In this document: one piece after another, positions 24,531-37,576 of the stretch
Position numbering within the stretch: the first letter of the stretch is position 1
How the letters are laid out: every line of letters starts with the position of its first letter
NCBI GenBank assembly: GCA_001662655.1
Contig: KV460290.1
DNA from: Pseudogymnoascus verrucosus
Lineage: Eukaryota
Reading direction: 5' to 3' (one strand)
DNA length: 64,000 bases
The notes under the pieces: model-generated
Seen by the model: only the letters and a program-made list of their open reading frames with translations
Told to the model about the DNA's origin: nothing
Database searches by the model: none
Made by a program: the position numbers and the translations under genes

Positions 24531-26186
24531 CTATCGCCCCGAAGTTCTACCCACAGCGCTATAAATAAGCGCGAAAGCTTCGGGATGCGCGCCACAAAAA
24601 AAACAGGCCCGTTATCACGAAACGCCACGTTGGCGATGGGGCAAAAAGGGAAGCCGTCGTGGGTCGGTAGGTACGGAGCTCAGGAGAGAGGATTTGGGTT
24701 ATCGAGTAGTGCGAATTAGCAGCAACTAGCAGCACTTAGCAAATCTGTCCAAGTGGCTCCTGCGCTCCCCGAGTCTCTCCGATATTCAGCGGATTCAGCC
24801 TGTAATACAGCGTCTCTACACCAGAAACCCACAGCTGCAACTTCCGTATGCTGACGAATTCGGGGGATCCGGGTATCGCCGAGATCTTGGGGGGCACGAT
24901 GGGGACAGATAGAACGATATCGGCAGGCACTTGTGGACGGACCGATGTAAATCCGGGAGATAAGGTGTGACCAGACGATAGCTGACATCGATTTTTTACC
25001 GGCGGATTGAGCAACGTGGGGATGCGTATCGACGCCGAACCGAGATCCACTCACGGCCCAATGATAAGCATTTGATAATGCGGCTGGGCTTTGTTTTTCC
25101 GCGAGCACGGTGGTCGTGGCTGCCATGGGGAATTGTTTCGAGTAAGGTGTTCCCCCAGGGCTAGGGCGACTGAAGCTTGTGTGTGCGGGGAAGGTCCGAA
25201 GTGTGCTGTAACCCTGAAGATTCGGAGTGTCGTGTGTGCCTGGGATCCTGTAAGGGGTCCAACAATTTCTTATCCCCTATTATTCACAACAGTTGTTCAT
25301 GCAATGCTGATAATGTGCGAAGGGTGTCGGCGATGTGCGGTTTGGTCGACGAGCATGTCTAGCTGAGGAATAAGCACATATTAGTTGGGTTTGGGCGTGA
25401 GACGTGGGATGGAATACCACGAGACAACGAAGGAGTTGCGCGACCTCATCCTTGAAACACCTACATCCACCAGGCTTGTGGGCATCAGGCTTATGGACGG
25501 CAAAGACAACAGTGAAGTTGCAAGGTGGTAGAACTTGAGGCGGCAGTAGATGATAGACACTTGCTATACCAACCGACCAACTAACTGAGTGGGCGATGAG
25601 CTGGAGAAAGAGGTCTCACATTGTAGGTTCAGTTCTCCATTCTACACTGCCATGGCCCTGCTAACCATTGAAAGTTCACAGTGCGTTTGATCGTATCCCC
25701 CTCTCGAAATGATATTCGAAACAGTCCTCCGACTTCATGAAGGTATATCGAGGTGCGAAGGGGGAAGGTCTTCGAAGGGGCCAATATAAAAAACACTACA
25801 AGTGCAGTGTCCGATTGACCTTGAGGAATTGGCGCATAAGAAGAACCGCAAGAGCAAAAGTGCAGCACTGGACAAATATAAATACAAGAACAAAGTGAAC
25901 ACGGCCTCTCTGCCAGTGACTGCGTTGACCGCAACCGCTCTGCTGAAATTTCGATTCGGCCATAGTTTGTCAGTTGCGAGCTTCTCCTCCTCAGTAGAGC
26001 CCAAAAAAAAGTTTTCACCGAACGTGCATATCTACAGGTTTATATAGAGCCACCGCAGATTCCCATTCTTATCTCGTCTTCCAGGATAGGAAGGGACATT
26101 CCAGCCACTGGTGATGAAAGCTGTGGCCACGGTTTGATAGAGAGAGAATTTTCCTATCTCTACAATCACCTCACAGCGCCTTATCT
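24531..26186. promoter_or_regulatory. HGATAR site cluster in the areA-MCM1 divergent spacer
   Basis: Nine HGATAR sites in 24531-25313, one at 25551 and four in 26069-26186. Confidence 0.45.
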
Positions 26187-29153
26187 CTGCCCTCTGCCCT
26201 GCCCCCCTGGGAATCTCCTGGATTTCCGGTGACACATCCGGATGTAGATGCCACGCAGGGTCGCTCACACCATAATCCCTCACGTTTGGGTCTCGCACTG
26301 TAGTACTGCAGTCAGCCTCATGGTTTATGACCTCATCGTTCCCGTGAAGCATAAATTCTGCAGCCCTCCACGAGGAAGGAGCTATCCATATCAACTATCA
26401 ACCTGGACCGCCCTTTCCCCATCCACCCCAAACTTCTCCTCCGCACACAACCACCCCAAACCCTTGCAACACACCCATCCCCATAATTCACGTGATATCC
26501 ACCCACCCACCACCAACCAACTCCGCAGCGTAACCCTAAACGGCCAAGCGGCGCACAAAAAGTCACGTACATCCGGCTGTAAATACGCCCAGTCGCTTTT
26601 CCCAGTCCATGCCCATAAAGGGACCGGCGCTTCCTCCATTCGAACGAAACTTGTCCTCTTTCATCGCCCACATATACCCCAAACGATAACGAAGAGACAC
26701 AATTCGCACACACACACACACGCCGCCGTACTATACCGCATTACCACCTACCCGGGGGCCCTCAATAATTATACACGCCACCATTCCCGATTCTCCCAAG
26801 GCAGAGAAAGGAAAGCCCACAAGAAAGAGCGGTCCAAGTGTTGCCTGATACAGAGTCCCGAGAGGCTTTACCCAGTTGAGCGGAAGCGTTGATACTGTAC
26901 GTACGGCATTTCGTGTGTGTATATTTTTGGCTGTGGTTTTTTATGTTATGCGTTATTCTATTTTTATGCGGCTGTGGGAGAGACGGTGTGATGGGGAAGT
27001 CCCCCGATTCATTTCTCAGCCTCGCATTGCATTGCTTCGAAGATCCTTCCGTCTGTCTGTCGTCGTTCGTCGGCTCACCCCTTCCGACTCTATTTGAGGA
27101 GAGAGGGGGAGTAGCTGAAACAGCGTCGCGAACGCACGCTTTGGTCCCCTGTTTTGAGGGCGTTGCGATCGTCGCTGCACTTCGAGGTGATGCGGGCAGT
27201 TGTACCTCAGCTACACCGACGCTCGCAATTGAGGGAAGGCAAGACACAGAACAGATCAGATCAGTTCAATACTGCTAGATGCGCTGTCGTCACGATATCC
27301 TCTCCAGCCTCCTTCCCCAAATCGTCCGCTCAGTCCAGACCTCATGAATTCAGCCTACCTGGCTGGTTACTTCATCTGTTTTCGGTCGCAGGGCAAGTGC
27401 CACGGCCAAGTACGGTGAACAACTCAACCTGCGAGCGCAGTGCGGGCAGTGGGCTAGTACGCGTTGGTACTCGCTGGACCCTTGGATGGCTCTGTAGCGT
27501 GCCGTAGCTAAGTGCGTTCGTCGAGGGGCGGGCGTTGGCAAGCGAAACCAGCGAGGTTGGTTGCCGTTGGTGCTGTGCTGGTGCTGGTGCTGGGCTATCA
27601 CATGAGAAGTGCGCTTGGGGGTGTCTGTCGGTGGCCGGATTGACGGGCTGGGAATGAGTGGGTGGGAAAGACCCCACTCCACATTACAGACGCCCAGACA
27701 TGCCCAGACACCCACAGCCCACAGACAGGAGCCACGGCACACGGTCGCAGTTAGATCTCTAGGCTGGGCTGGCTGGGGCTGGCTGGGGTGGGCCCTTCCA
27801 CACCTTCCACACAACTTTCCCAATCCCACTCATTCCTGCCACCTACTCTCCCCAATCCCACACCCCATCATCCTCCACCAACCATCCAATTACCACTACT
27901 CCCCTACTCCCACCCACCTACACCCACCCCCCCCCTTATTACCATTTCCCCGCTCTCCCACACTCCCACCACACCCCCTCGCTGCTATGCTGCTTTCATC
28001 CATCCCGCCCCCTCTACAAACCATCCCTCATACACTCTTCCGCGCCCCGAAAGCAGCTTCCCACCTTTCCCCTTCCAATATCTGTGTCGTTAATTGAACG
28101 CCATTTGTTATTACTCCAATACTGCAACGGATCAATCGTTTTTGTTGGCGTACATACAACTCTATCTTATCGAGAAATCTCAATTGTGGATTCCAATATC
28201 CCCCCACAGAGAGAGAGAGATCTGACACCGCCCGCAAATTGGAGCAAGACATACATACCGGAGTACTAACTGTTGCCAAGTAAGGAAGAAGAGCGACCAG
28301 TTCCCGTGCATAACCTGTCCCCGCTGTTTGCCAGAACCACCACAGCACACCAACAAGCCCAGAACACACGCTGGACACCACGACCAGAGAGAGGATATTA
28401 TATTGACGATCAAGTGTTCTGTGATTCAGAGCCTCAATATTTTGTATGTACTCTACTTCTTTGTGCTGTACTACTCTACTCTACTCTATCCCCATCTACC
28501 ACTACCACTACCACCACCACCACTCTATTCTACTACCCTTCCCCTGTCACTGTCAGCATTTCCATTGCTTGGGGTCGCCGGCAGTGGCAGTCGTGGTTAC
28601 CTCAAACCAGCCAGGCTGTACCAGTTGTGCAGTACCAGCATTCCTTCCACTACCACTACCACTTCCACTACGGCGCAGCACTGCGCTGTACTTTGCAGTA
28701 TTCGCTGCACTGTACGGCACTGTGCTGCAACTCCAAGACTGCTCCTTCCTTCCTTCCACTCTACTTTCCCTACTTTCCCATACAACCCACTACGGCAGGT
28801 ACAACACGCTACAACGCGCTACAGCACACATCCGTGCGTTTCTGCCCTACCGTAGCTGTACCGCTGCCGTACCTCTTCACCCATCCCCCCCCCAATCCCC
28901 CCCCCTCCCCCCGCCGTACCGACCGTGACTCTCGCTTCCTGCTTAACCCCAACACTTGGACGCTGGCTGATATCCATCCCTTCCCACACCAGACTCGATC
29001 AAGCATTGCCGGCACCCAGGTTTCTGCCAACCAAACCCGTTACTCTCCACATTGTCTACACATCCCCCAGAAGCAGTTAAGGCTCATCGGCAGCTATCTC
29101 GATTCAGAACAAAACATTTCACGTCACACCCAAAAGGAAAGCTTCTTTTAAGA

Positions 29154-29963
29154 ATGGCCGACATTACTGATCAACAACCCGACCAGGCGTCGCCTTCCGT
29201 ACTCGAGGACGCGCATGCCGTGGGCAATGGCACCGCGACCGCGCCCGATAACCGTGGTGTGAAGCGTCAACGCCCATCCACCGCCGACGATGATGATGAT
29301 GATGATGATAAGCCCGGGCGCGAGAGGAGGAAGATTGAGATCAAGTTCATCGCCGACAAGTCGCGTCGTCACATCACCTTCTCCAAGCGCAAGGCCGGAA
29401 TCATGAAGAAGGTGCGCAATCGTCCCCGCCCGAATCGACGCGTCAATCGCGTAAACTCTCGGTCGCGAACATGCTAACAATGATTATCCAGGCATACGAG
29501 TTGTCTGTTCTGACTGGCACGCAAGTCCTGTTGCTCGTTGTCTCAGAGACTGGACTTGTGTATACGTTCACCACCCCGAAGCTTCAGCCTCTTGTCACCA
29601 AGGCTGAGGGCAAGAACCTCATTCAGGTATGCGCTCTCACATGCCGCCACCAAATTGACCTGTCACTAATGTTCATTTTAGGCCTGCCTTAACGCTCCAG
29701 AGCCAGCCGGCAACAACGAGAACGGCGTCGAGGATCAAAACCCCGTCGAGTCGCCCGAAGAACCAGCTCCACAACACCTCCCCGCCCAGCAAAGCAGGCC
29801 TGGCATGCAGACGGCGCCCATGCACCCCAACTACCTCCCCGTCGACGCGCAACAAATAGCCTACCAGAACTATCTGGCGCAACAGCAGCAGCAGCAGCGC
29901 GGGGGCTACCCAGGCATGCCCCCACAAGCCGGCATGCCGCAGCAGCACTCGCACCAGGCATGA
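29154..29963 (+). CDS. mcm1: SRF-type MADS-box transcription factor; exons 29154-29411, 29492-29626, 29682-29963
   Basis: RRKIEIKFIADKSRRHITFSKRKAGIMKK|AYELSVLTGTQVLLLVVSETGLVYTFTTPKLQPLV..GKNLIQ|ACLNAPE, with a Q-rich tail. Confidence 0.97.
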
Positions 29964-31675
29964 GTGTAGCGTACCCACATCCACGTATAATCAACCTGCA
30001 TTCGCTGCGGACACAAAAAGCCGACTATTTCCACACAACTGATACCCGAGTTTATAAAATGCGAGACGCCGCCTGCACTCCTCCTCCCTGTCCGCGCCGC
30101 CGGCGTCAATTGGAATTATTTCTCAAAAAAAAAAAGAAACCCACACCGTTTGTTTTTTTTGCTGACCGTTGGTGTTACTGGTGCTTGATGTTTTTTTTGT
30201 GTGTCCTCGCCTCCATGGGATTGATAACTGGAGGGTCATCCTCATCCCCTCTTGTTTTGCGCTCTGCTACTCTCGTCTCGTCTTCGTGTCGTCTATGTCT
30301 CTCTCTCTCTGTGTCATCGTCGTCGTTTTCAAGTTAACTTTATATTTCTTTTGATTGTCCTTACATTAGTCCTCTCGCTGCAACGGATTTATATTTTTCC
30401 CACGCAGTTGTTCTTGGACGGGTGTGGTTGCCAACTTGTCAGAGTGGGCGACGGGGACTGTAGCGTGGATTTTTATAAATCTTTCTGCTGGGGCTTGGGG
30501 GGGCGGGATGGTATGGTATGGGAAGGTGGGCGTGGGGGATTGGGAAGGGGGGGTTGGGTGGGGATTGATTGATTGATTGACTGATTGATTGGGGCGATTT
30601 TGCGGATTTTGTTTGGCCTGGGGGGAAGGGGATGGGGGGGGACTGACTACTTCTACGATGGAGGGGAGGGGGATGGATGGATGATATAGAGAGAAAGAAT
30701 CGTGAATAATGGCTTTAGCTGGTCGGGCGGGTAGGCGAGGGATGAGAGGGGAGGAGAGGGGAGGGGGGTGTTGTGCTACTACTATCTCAAGTTTCACTTC
30801 GTTGTCTTGTCTTTTTTGCCACTATGTTGTATGTCGTATGTGTTTGTGGTTTTTTGGTGTGAGGCGTATAGCATTTTACCATCCATCCATTCATCCATTC
30901 ATCCATTTAATGGGGCGTACGTACGTGGGTTTTTTGCTGGTTTTGCTTGGTTCATCCGTCAACATCGGCGGTGAAATGGGCTTTTGGGCATCGTGAGAGA
31001 GAGCTTCTAGTCTACTCTACTGGGGCTGCTTTGTAGTGTAATATAGGACTTTGGAGGGGGGAGAATGGAGGTGTGTTGCCCTTTCGATGCTGGTTTCGAC
31101 GTGACTAATGTCTACTGGACTTTATGTTATGCGTGTAGATGGGTGATATGTATGTTATAACCGCGTCTTTCTTGTACAAACTTCCTCTCGGTATATAATC
31201 AATCCCCCCCCTCTCCCCCCTTCCAAACCAGCTCAGCATATACACCCCCCAACCCACTCAAGCAGGCACTCAACTCACCCCATATGTCAGGATGAAAAAA
31301 AGATGGGGGGAGATGGCATTTCTACACCTTATTCACCACAACTAGCCGGCTTATATACAAAACCACCGCCGCTACAATCTATGTCGTAGGTACACCACAT
31401 CTCTTCTACCCATCCATCCATCCATCCATCCAACTACCATGCATTCATCCACCATTCTTTCCAACTCTCCCCCTCCTCTCCTCTCCTCTCATACTCTCCT
31501 TTCTCTCTAGGCAGGGCGGTCCACACATACAAACACGAACACACACAAAAAAAGGAACACCCAAAAACTCCCAACAAATCCCACCCACCCACCAATCAAT
31601 CAACCCATTACACCCCTCCCGCTGGATACCCAAACACCAAATCTGCATATATACTCCCCCCTCATCTCAAAAAAA

Positions 31676-33245
31676 TCACCACGTCCCCCCCTCCCCCTCC
31701 TCTTCCTCAGCAACAGCACCAGACCGTCGCCGCTGTCCCCATCGCCCAAACAACCGTCCCAACACGCCCCTCCCACCCGTCGAGCGCGGTGCATCCCGCG
31801 GCACGAAACCCCTAAACCCAGTAGAGCGTCTCCTCCTCCGCTGACGCGCCGCCGTTTCGTCGCCGCCGCCCTCCGCAGTCCCGTAATCGAGACTATGCCG
31901 CGGCGTGTCCCGGTCCTGGAGTTCTTCCCATATCGCTGCTGTTTCGGCGGTGCGGGCGGTGAGGGTGTGGGAGAGGAGGGTGTCGAGTTTTGCGGTTGTT
32001 GGGGAGGGGGAGTCCCGGGGGAGGGGGGAGGAAGGGGTGTGGGTGTGGTTAAGATTGTGGTTGTGGTTTGGGAGGAGGGCGGTTTCTTCGTCGGGGGTGC
32101 GGGGGGTGGGGAGGGGGGAGTCGGTGTCTTCGTCGTCTATTAGGCCCAGACCCGGTGTCAAGGCTGAGGGGGGAGGTGGGGGGGATTGTTCGTCTGAGAG
32201 GCGCCAGGATAGGGCGAGGACGCCGGAGAGGAGGATGAGTGTCCCCAATGCGATGAGCGAGGCAGCGAGTGGCGTGAGGAGGGAGGTTTGGTGGAAGTAG
32301 ATCAGCCCATCTAGGATAGCGATGATATTATATATGCAAAACACGAGCGGGTAAAGCACGGAAGTCGAGACAAGCTTGAGGCCGTGGTGGAGGTAGTATA
32401 GCTGTACTAACGCAAGGGTAACGAGGGTGGCGAGGATGAGCGAGCTTTGGTAGCGGTCGAATTGGTTCTTGTGGTCGATTATAGTCCGCACCAGCAGCTC
32501 GACGGAGATCTTAGCGAAGAGGAGGGAGTGCGCTGAGAGGATCCCGGAGATGCAACCAAACGCCAGACCACGCAGGAGACGCACGCGCGGGGAGGAGTAG
32601 CGCGCGAGAGAGGCAGCAACGGCTGTTATGGTGGCCACCAACGCCGCCTGTCCCAGCATCCACAGTATGAACGGCGTGCGATTCAGCAGCGCAAGGAGCT
32701 GATCCAGATTATGCGCCGGCTCAGGAATCGCCCCAAAGATAGCAATCAGCACCGCCCCCGCGCACACTAGCAGTGTTCCCCCAAGCGACCAGCGCGTGAA
32801 CGGCTCGCCGAGGATGAGGGTCGCGCAGATGGAGTTGAAGACCAGCCCGGAAGCCTGGAGGGTGGAGAGGACGGGGAGGGGGAGGGTGGTGATCTGGATT
32901 GTGCTGCCGAGGAGGTTGGAGATGATGAACATGCCCATGCCGAGCTGCCAGCGGCGGCGGCGGTGGGGGGGGCGGCGGGTGAGGTGGGGGGCTTTTTCAT
33001 CTTCGAGGAGGTGCGATTTGCGTTGGAGGGTTAGGCCGAGGCTTTGGACGCTGGTGGAGATGAGGCCGACGAGTATGCCGATCTGGATGGGGGGGGGAGA
33101 AGTCAGTGGGTGTGTTTGGGGAGGGGGGAGAGGGAGGGCGAGGGGCGAGGGTGTGTTTGTTTTGTTGCCTCGGACGAGGAGGAGGAAGGCGAAGACTTAC
33201 AGCTATACTGCCTTTTGGCGACAGATCCCCGAGCTGGCCCACCAT
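31676..33245 (-). CDS. NIPA-family (DMT superfamily) Mg2+ transporter-like membrane protein; exons 33245-33201, 33082-31676
   Basis: MVGQLGDLSPKGSIA|IGILVGLISTSVQSLGLTLQRKSH..RRRRWQLGMGMFIISN, multiple TM helices and a disordered tail. Confidence 0.8.
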
Positions 33246-33885
33246 CACTCAGCGGTAGAGGTTCGTATTCATTTGCGTAGCTATGTTGTTTGTTTCCTGG
33301 TGGTCTTGCGGTCTTTGAGCTCGTCCTGGAGGTGGTGGTGAGGGAGTGGTGAGAATGGGTGGTGGGAATGATGCGGTTTCTAAGGAACGTGGTGGTCAGG
33401 TCCGGCAGGCCAAGGCGGTGTCACTCGGATGGTTCGTTCTGAGACCACGCCGTTTTGTATGGGTGTGGTACGGCCGCGAGTCTATTTTGGAATTCCAAGC
33501 GGCCATGCGCCAGCAGCGGATACTGAGGGTACAGGACTACAATAATTGTTTGAACTGCCAAAATGGGCAGGTTACACTCTTCTTCTTAAGTAGTTTAATG
33601 AGAAGAAAATCGCCTCCCGTGACAATTCTCCCACTTGACGAGATCATTCACCATCCGTTTCAATGGGGTTGTCACCTGACTTTGGCGGCCTTGGGTGTCA
33701 CCTTGAGACGCATATCGGTTGGCGCTTGGTGCTTATCGGAACGGGAGCTTAATCTGTCCAGGATCCAGCTTGAGCACCACACCTCAACCACATCTCGTAC
33801 CTACCACACGCATCTTGGCTACGGCACCAGCACTTTCTACAACACCACAGCCTCGACGTGCCAGGACCCTGTCTCATTGCCCAAG

Positions 33886-34698
33886 ATGTCGCACTCACAA
33901 GCATTGTCTGACGACCAGGTACGCCTTCCCCCCTCCCCCAACAATGCAGCACAGCACACATCTAACCCCGACCTAGGTGGGTCAAGAGCTGAGGAAGATG
34001 ACCGCCTTCATCAAGCAAGAAGCCGACGAGAAGGCCCACGAGATCGAGATGAAGGCCGACCAAGAGTTCGCCATGGAGAAAGCCAAGCTCGTCCGTGAGG
34101 AGCAAAGCGCAATCGACACCCAGTACGAGAAGAAGTCCAAAGCAGCCGCAATGTCGCAGCAGATCACCGCCTCGACAGTCTCCAACAAGACGCGGCTGCG
34201 CGTGCTGAGCGCGCGCCAGGAGCTGCTCGATGGGATCTTTGAGGCGGCGGCGAAGAAGCTGCCGGAGGTGACGAAGGATAAGGCTCGCTATGAGACGATC
34301 CTTAAGAACCTGGTGCTGGAGGGCTTGTATGCGTTGAATGAGAGTAAGGTGGTGGTGCGGACGAGGAAGGCGGATGTGGCGGTTGCGAAGAAGGCGGTGG
34401 AGGCGGCTGAGAAGGAGTATACGAAGAATACGAACAAGGAGATCGCGGCGAGCGTGGATGAGGATAACTTGCTCGAGGACGATTTGTGAGTTTTTTACGC
34501 TCCCTGTTACTTGCTTGTGCGAAGGCAGCTTTACTAATGGGGATCAGGGCGGGTGGTGTCTCGATTGTGGGAAGTGGTGGTAAGATCGATATCAACAATA
34601 CCCTGGATGAGCGCCTAAGGCTGCTCCAAGATAACGCCTTACCCGCCATCCGAACGACGCTGTTCGGGGCGAACGAGAACAGGAAGTTCTACGACTAA
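33886..34698 (+). CDS. vma4: V-ATPase V1 subunit E; exons 33886-33918, 33977-34485, 34548-34698
   Basis: ALSDDQ|VGQELRKMTAFIKQEADEKAHEI, AGGV..GKIDINNTLDERL, LFGANENRKFYD. Confidence 0.97.
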
Positions 34699-34971
34699 GC
34701 GGTCTTGTGATTTCAGTGGCTGCTGCTTGCCGAGAGTGATGTAGGGGTCTTATAGATGGACAGCGTGTGGGGATGCTGCTTTTTTGGGGAGCATGTGACG
34801 TAGATTGGAGAGCCTGGAATTGTATGATATATATTTACACTGCAGAGCGACCATGGAGCGTGTTGAAAGCTGAGAGAAATTTTGAGCTCTAAATTTATAC
34901 TCTGTGCTACATTATCATTTGATCTATTTGAACTCCGGCCTTTGACCCAAGGCTTTAATATCATCCAGCCA

Positions 34972-37403
34972 TTATGCATTAGTTATTGGTTTCCTAAAGT
35001 GCTTCGTCATAAAAGCCGACTGCTTCAGCGCGCCCTCCCTGTCTCCTCCTTGTCCCGGCAGGTCAAATATACTCTGCTTGGGCTTCAAACGTGTCCGAAT
35101 CGTCTCTAGCAATCGGTTCCGTAACTTTTCCACCGTCCGCTTTGTGTGGATACGTGATGGAGACAAAGTCCCGCGGTCGTTAATGCTACTCCATATGATC
35201 TTAAGCTGGTATGCGAGCTCATCGAGGCAGGAATTATATTCCTCCTCAGCTTGCGGATCGCTCACGTCAAAATCCACCGCCGACCCGTCGCCGATGGCAA
35301 TATCCAGGAGGGATATCAACGCTGCGAGCTGTACATAGTCTGTCTCTCTGTTGATTTGAAACCTGGGGCTGCCTAGCACCTGCACAAGCTTTCGCAGCTC
35401 GAGTTTTTCTTCCACGGGCTTTTGGGTCAGATCACAGTCCTGGCAGAACACGGCGAGGGAGAGTCTTCTCCGCAGGTCGTGTAGGCAAGGGTTGGAGGCT
35501 GGAATGCACTCAATAATTTGCAGGCAGAGTGGCTCCTGAGCTACAGTGTTATATATATTAGAGCATATTTTCCGGCACTATCAAGTTCAGTTAGTAGATG
35601 AGTGTTGGGGGTAAGTCAAGCACATACTGAAATCTTCCAGGCATCATGTTTTGCGATGGCATCACAGAGCTCTCCCATAGCGGAACGCACGATACATAAA
35701 ACCGAGTAGTTTTCCTTCACAAGGTTATCCGCGCAAAGCCTTGCTAGCAGAGACATCGTATAAGCACATGTAACTGGAGTTGCAAACTTCGCTGCATCAC
35801 CGAGGAATTTTATATAGCGCTGTAGAGTATTCCATTCGCGCCCCTTGTACGCCTTTTTATAAACACCGACAGCTTCGACATTGGCCTTCCGATCGGTTGC
35901 CTGGGGAAGCGCACCTAATAGATCAAACATTCCTTTAACAGTTTTTGGACGAAGATATTTGCGTATCGCTTCAGGGGCGGCAAGAAGGGCGTTGAAGTAT
36001 GACTCTTCGAGGTCTGTAGCTGGCTCTATGCACGACGTTTCTAAAATCCACAGGAATTTCTCTTCAGAAAGCTCTTCCTGGGCATGGGCCACATTACTCA
36101 TAGCGCCAGAAGCAGCCGTCGAGTCTCTGGCTATCTTATCCCCCTGGTTCCATTTCTGATAGATCTTTGAAATATTGGCTGGGGTTTCTGTTGGCTTATT
36201 GGTTGGCGTCTTGCTGTCAGGGTCAAAGAAGTACCATCTCTTCTCCGTCGATGTAGCCTCAGTGCGCGCAACGGCTTGCAGGATCTTGTCCGCGCTGTCG
36301 GCATCCTTATCTGCAATCATTGATTCCAACAGTGCATCCTTGTCATCTTGTTGCCCTGCCTCTTCCCCGTTCCCTGGCTCGTCTAATATAGTCTTCGCTC
36401 TCTGCGCGCTGGCTTCTGTAGCCTCGTGCCTCTGTGACTGGCTGACCAGCGACGTGATGCTGAATTTGTATTTATGTTTTGGTTGGACCGTTAACGGAGA
36501 GGCGTACGGTGGTGCCCTGTATTTAGTCGTGGAACCGGTATCTCGTAATTTGCGTGTGCTCCTCGTGGGATTTTGAGAGGTGGTGGGGGGCGTGAAAAGA
36601 TCTGGCAGATCAGAGTCCGAACCAGAGGAGCCGTCATCTTTAGTGAATGAGTCCCAGGACTTTTGTTGGCCAGTGGTCATTTCGGTTTTGGCAGGGACAG
36701 ATTGTGCATGAGCAGCCTGGGGTTTGGGCGGCGAGTGTTCATTTTTGCTCTTGGTGGTAGTTGTGGAATAAGTATCAGAGAGGCTGCTTCCGGAGTCCTT
36801 TGTCTTTAGCTTGGGCGTTGGTTTGAGGTGCGGTGCTGTCCTGGCTCTAGCCGTGCGAGCCGCAGCTGGTAGCTCCCCGGCGGGTGTGCTTGTTGAAGCC
36901 GGCTCGTAAGAGATGATATGGGGCGGCGAAGGCTCCGATGGATCACTGCCTAAATCAGAGAGGTCGCTGTCTTCGTCCGAGTCCTCGATGGTGAGCTGGT
37001 TGGTCATCCGGGGTTGACTAGAGAAGGGTTGCGCTTCGGCAGGCTTGGGGTGGGGTAGAGAAAGTCCATTCTCCCTGTCGGCGACGGTTGTGGGAGGGTG
37101 AGAGGCGGCGTGGGGCTCCGAAAGCTCTAATATATCACTCCTTGTATCAGAGAGGCCGCTCTCTTCGTCCGAGTCCTCGATGGTGAGCTGGCTGGTCATC
37201 TGAGGATCACTAGATAAGGGCTGTGCGTCGGCAGGCTCAGATTGGGATATGGGCTGTTCATTCTCCTTCTTGGTGATGGTGATAGAAGGCTTATCAGAGA
37301 CATTGGTCGTGGCGTCTTTTGTCTGTGGCTTCGGGGGTACTGGCTTGAAGAACTGGTAAATATTGCCCTTTTGAGGAGGGAACTTGTCTTTTTTTGGCGG
37401 CAT
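34972..37403 (-). CDS. Hypothetical nuclear protein, possibly Nse6/SLF2-like Smc5/6 loader subunit; exons 37403-35628, 35577-34972
   Basis: Long disordered acidic N-terminus, a short coiled segment (KFSITSLV..EATEASAQRA) and a helical C-terminal domain (DYVQLAALISLLDIAIGDG). Intron GTATGT..CTAAC..TAG. The gene model is solid; the family call is from recall. Confidence 0.55.
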
Positions 37404-37542
37404 GTTCGAACACAGCCGTCTGGCTCTACGCTACGTCATGAAAGCATGGCGAGTAAGGTTACAGAATGTATGTGGTGGGGAAGATTGGAAGGAGGGGCAG
37501 CAAGGCTCACAAACCAGCAGCCTTCTGTTATCTTAGTGCTTT

Positions 37543-37576
37543 ACGCGGTTTCGCGATAGGGAGACGCGAAGCGCGA
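37543..37576. promoter_or_regulatory. MCB/SCB-like CGCG cluster upstream of the 34972-37403 gene
   Basis: ACGCGG, TTTCGCG (=CGCGAAA), ACGCGA and GCGCGA within 34 bp, 140-175 bp upstream of the ATG. Confidence 0.5.

Noticed and set aside
24716..25126. 136-aa minus-strand ORF in the areA-MCM1 spacer
   Set aside because: No recognisable motif or coding-like composition; better explained as regulatory DNA.
28273..29151. 292-aa ORF upstream of MCM1
   Set aside because: Starts at TTG, arises from CTA/CCA microsatellite tracts and is probably MCM1 leader or intron sequence.
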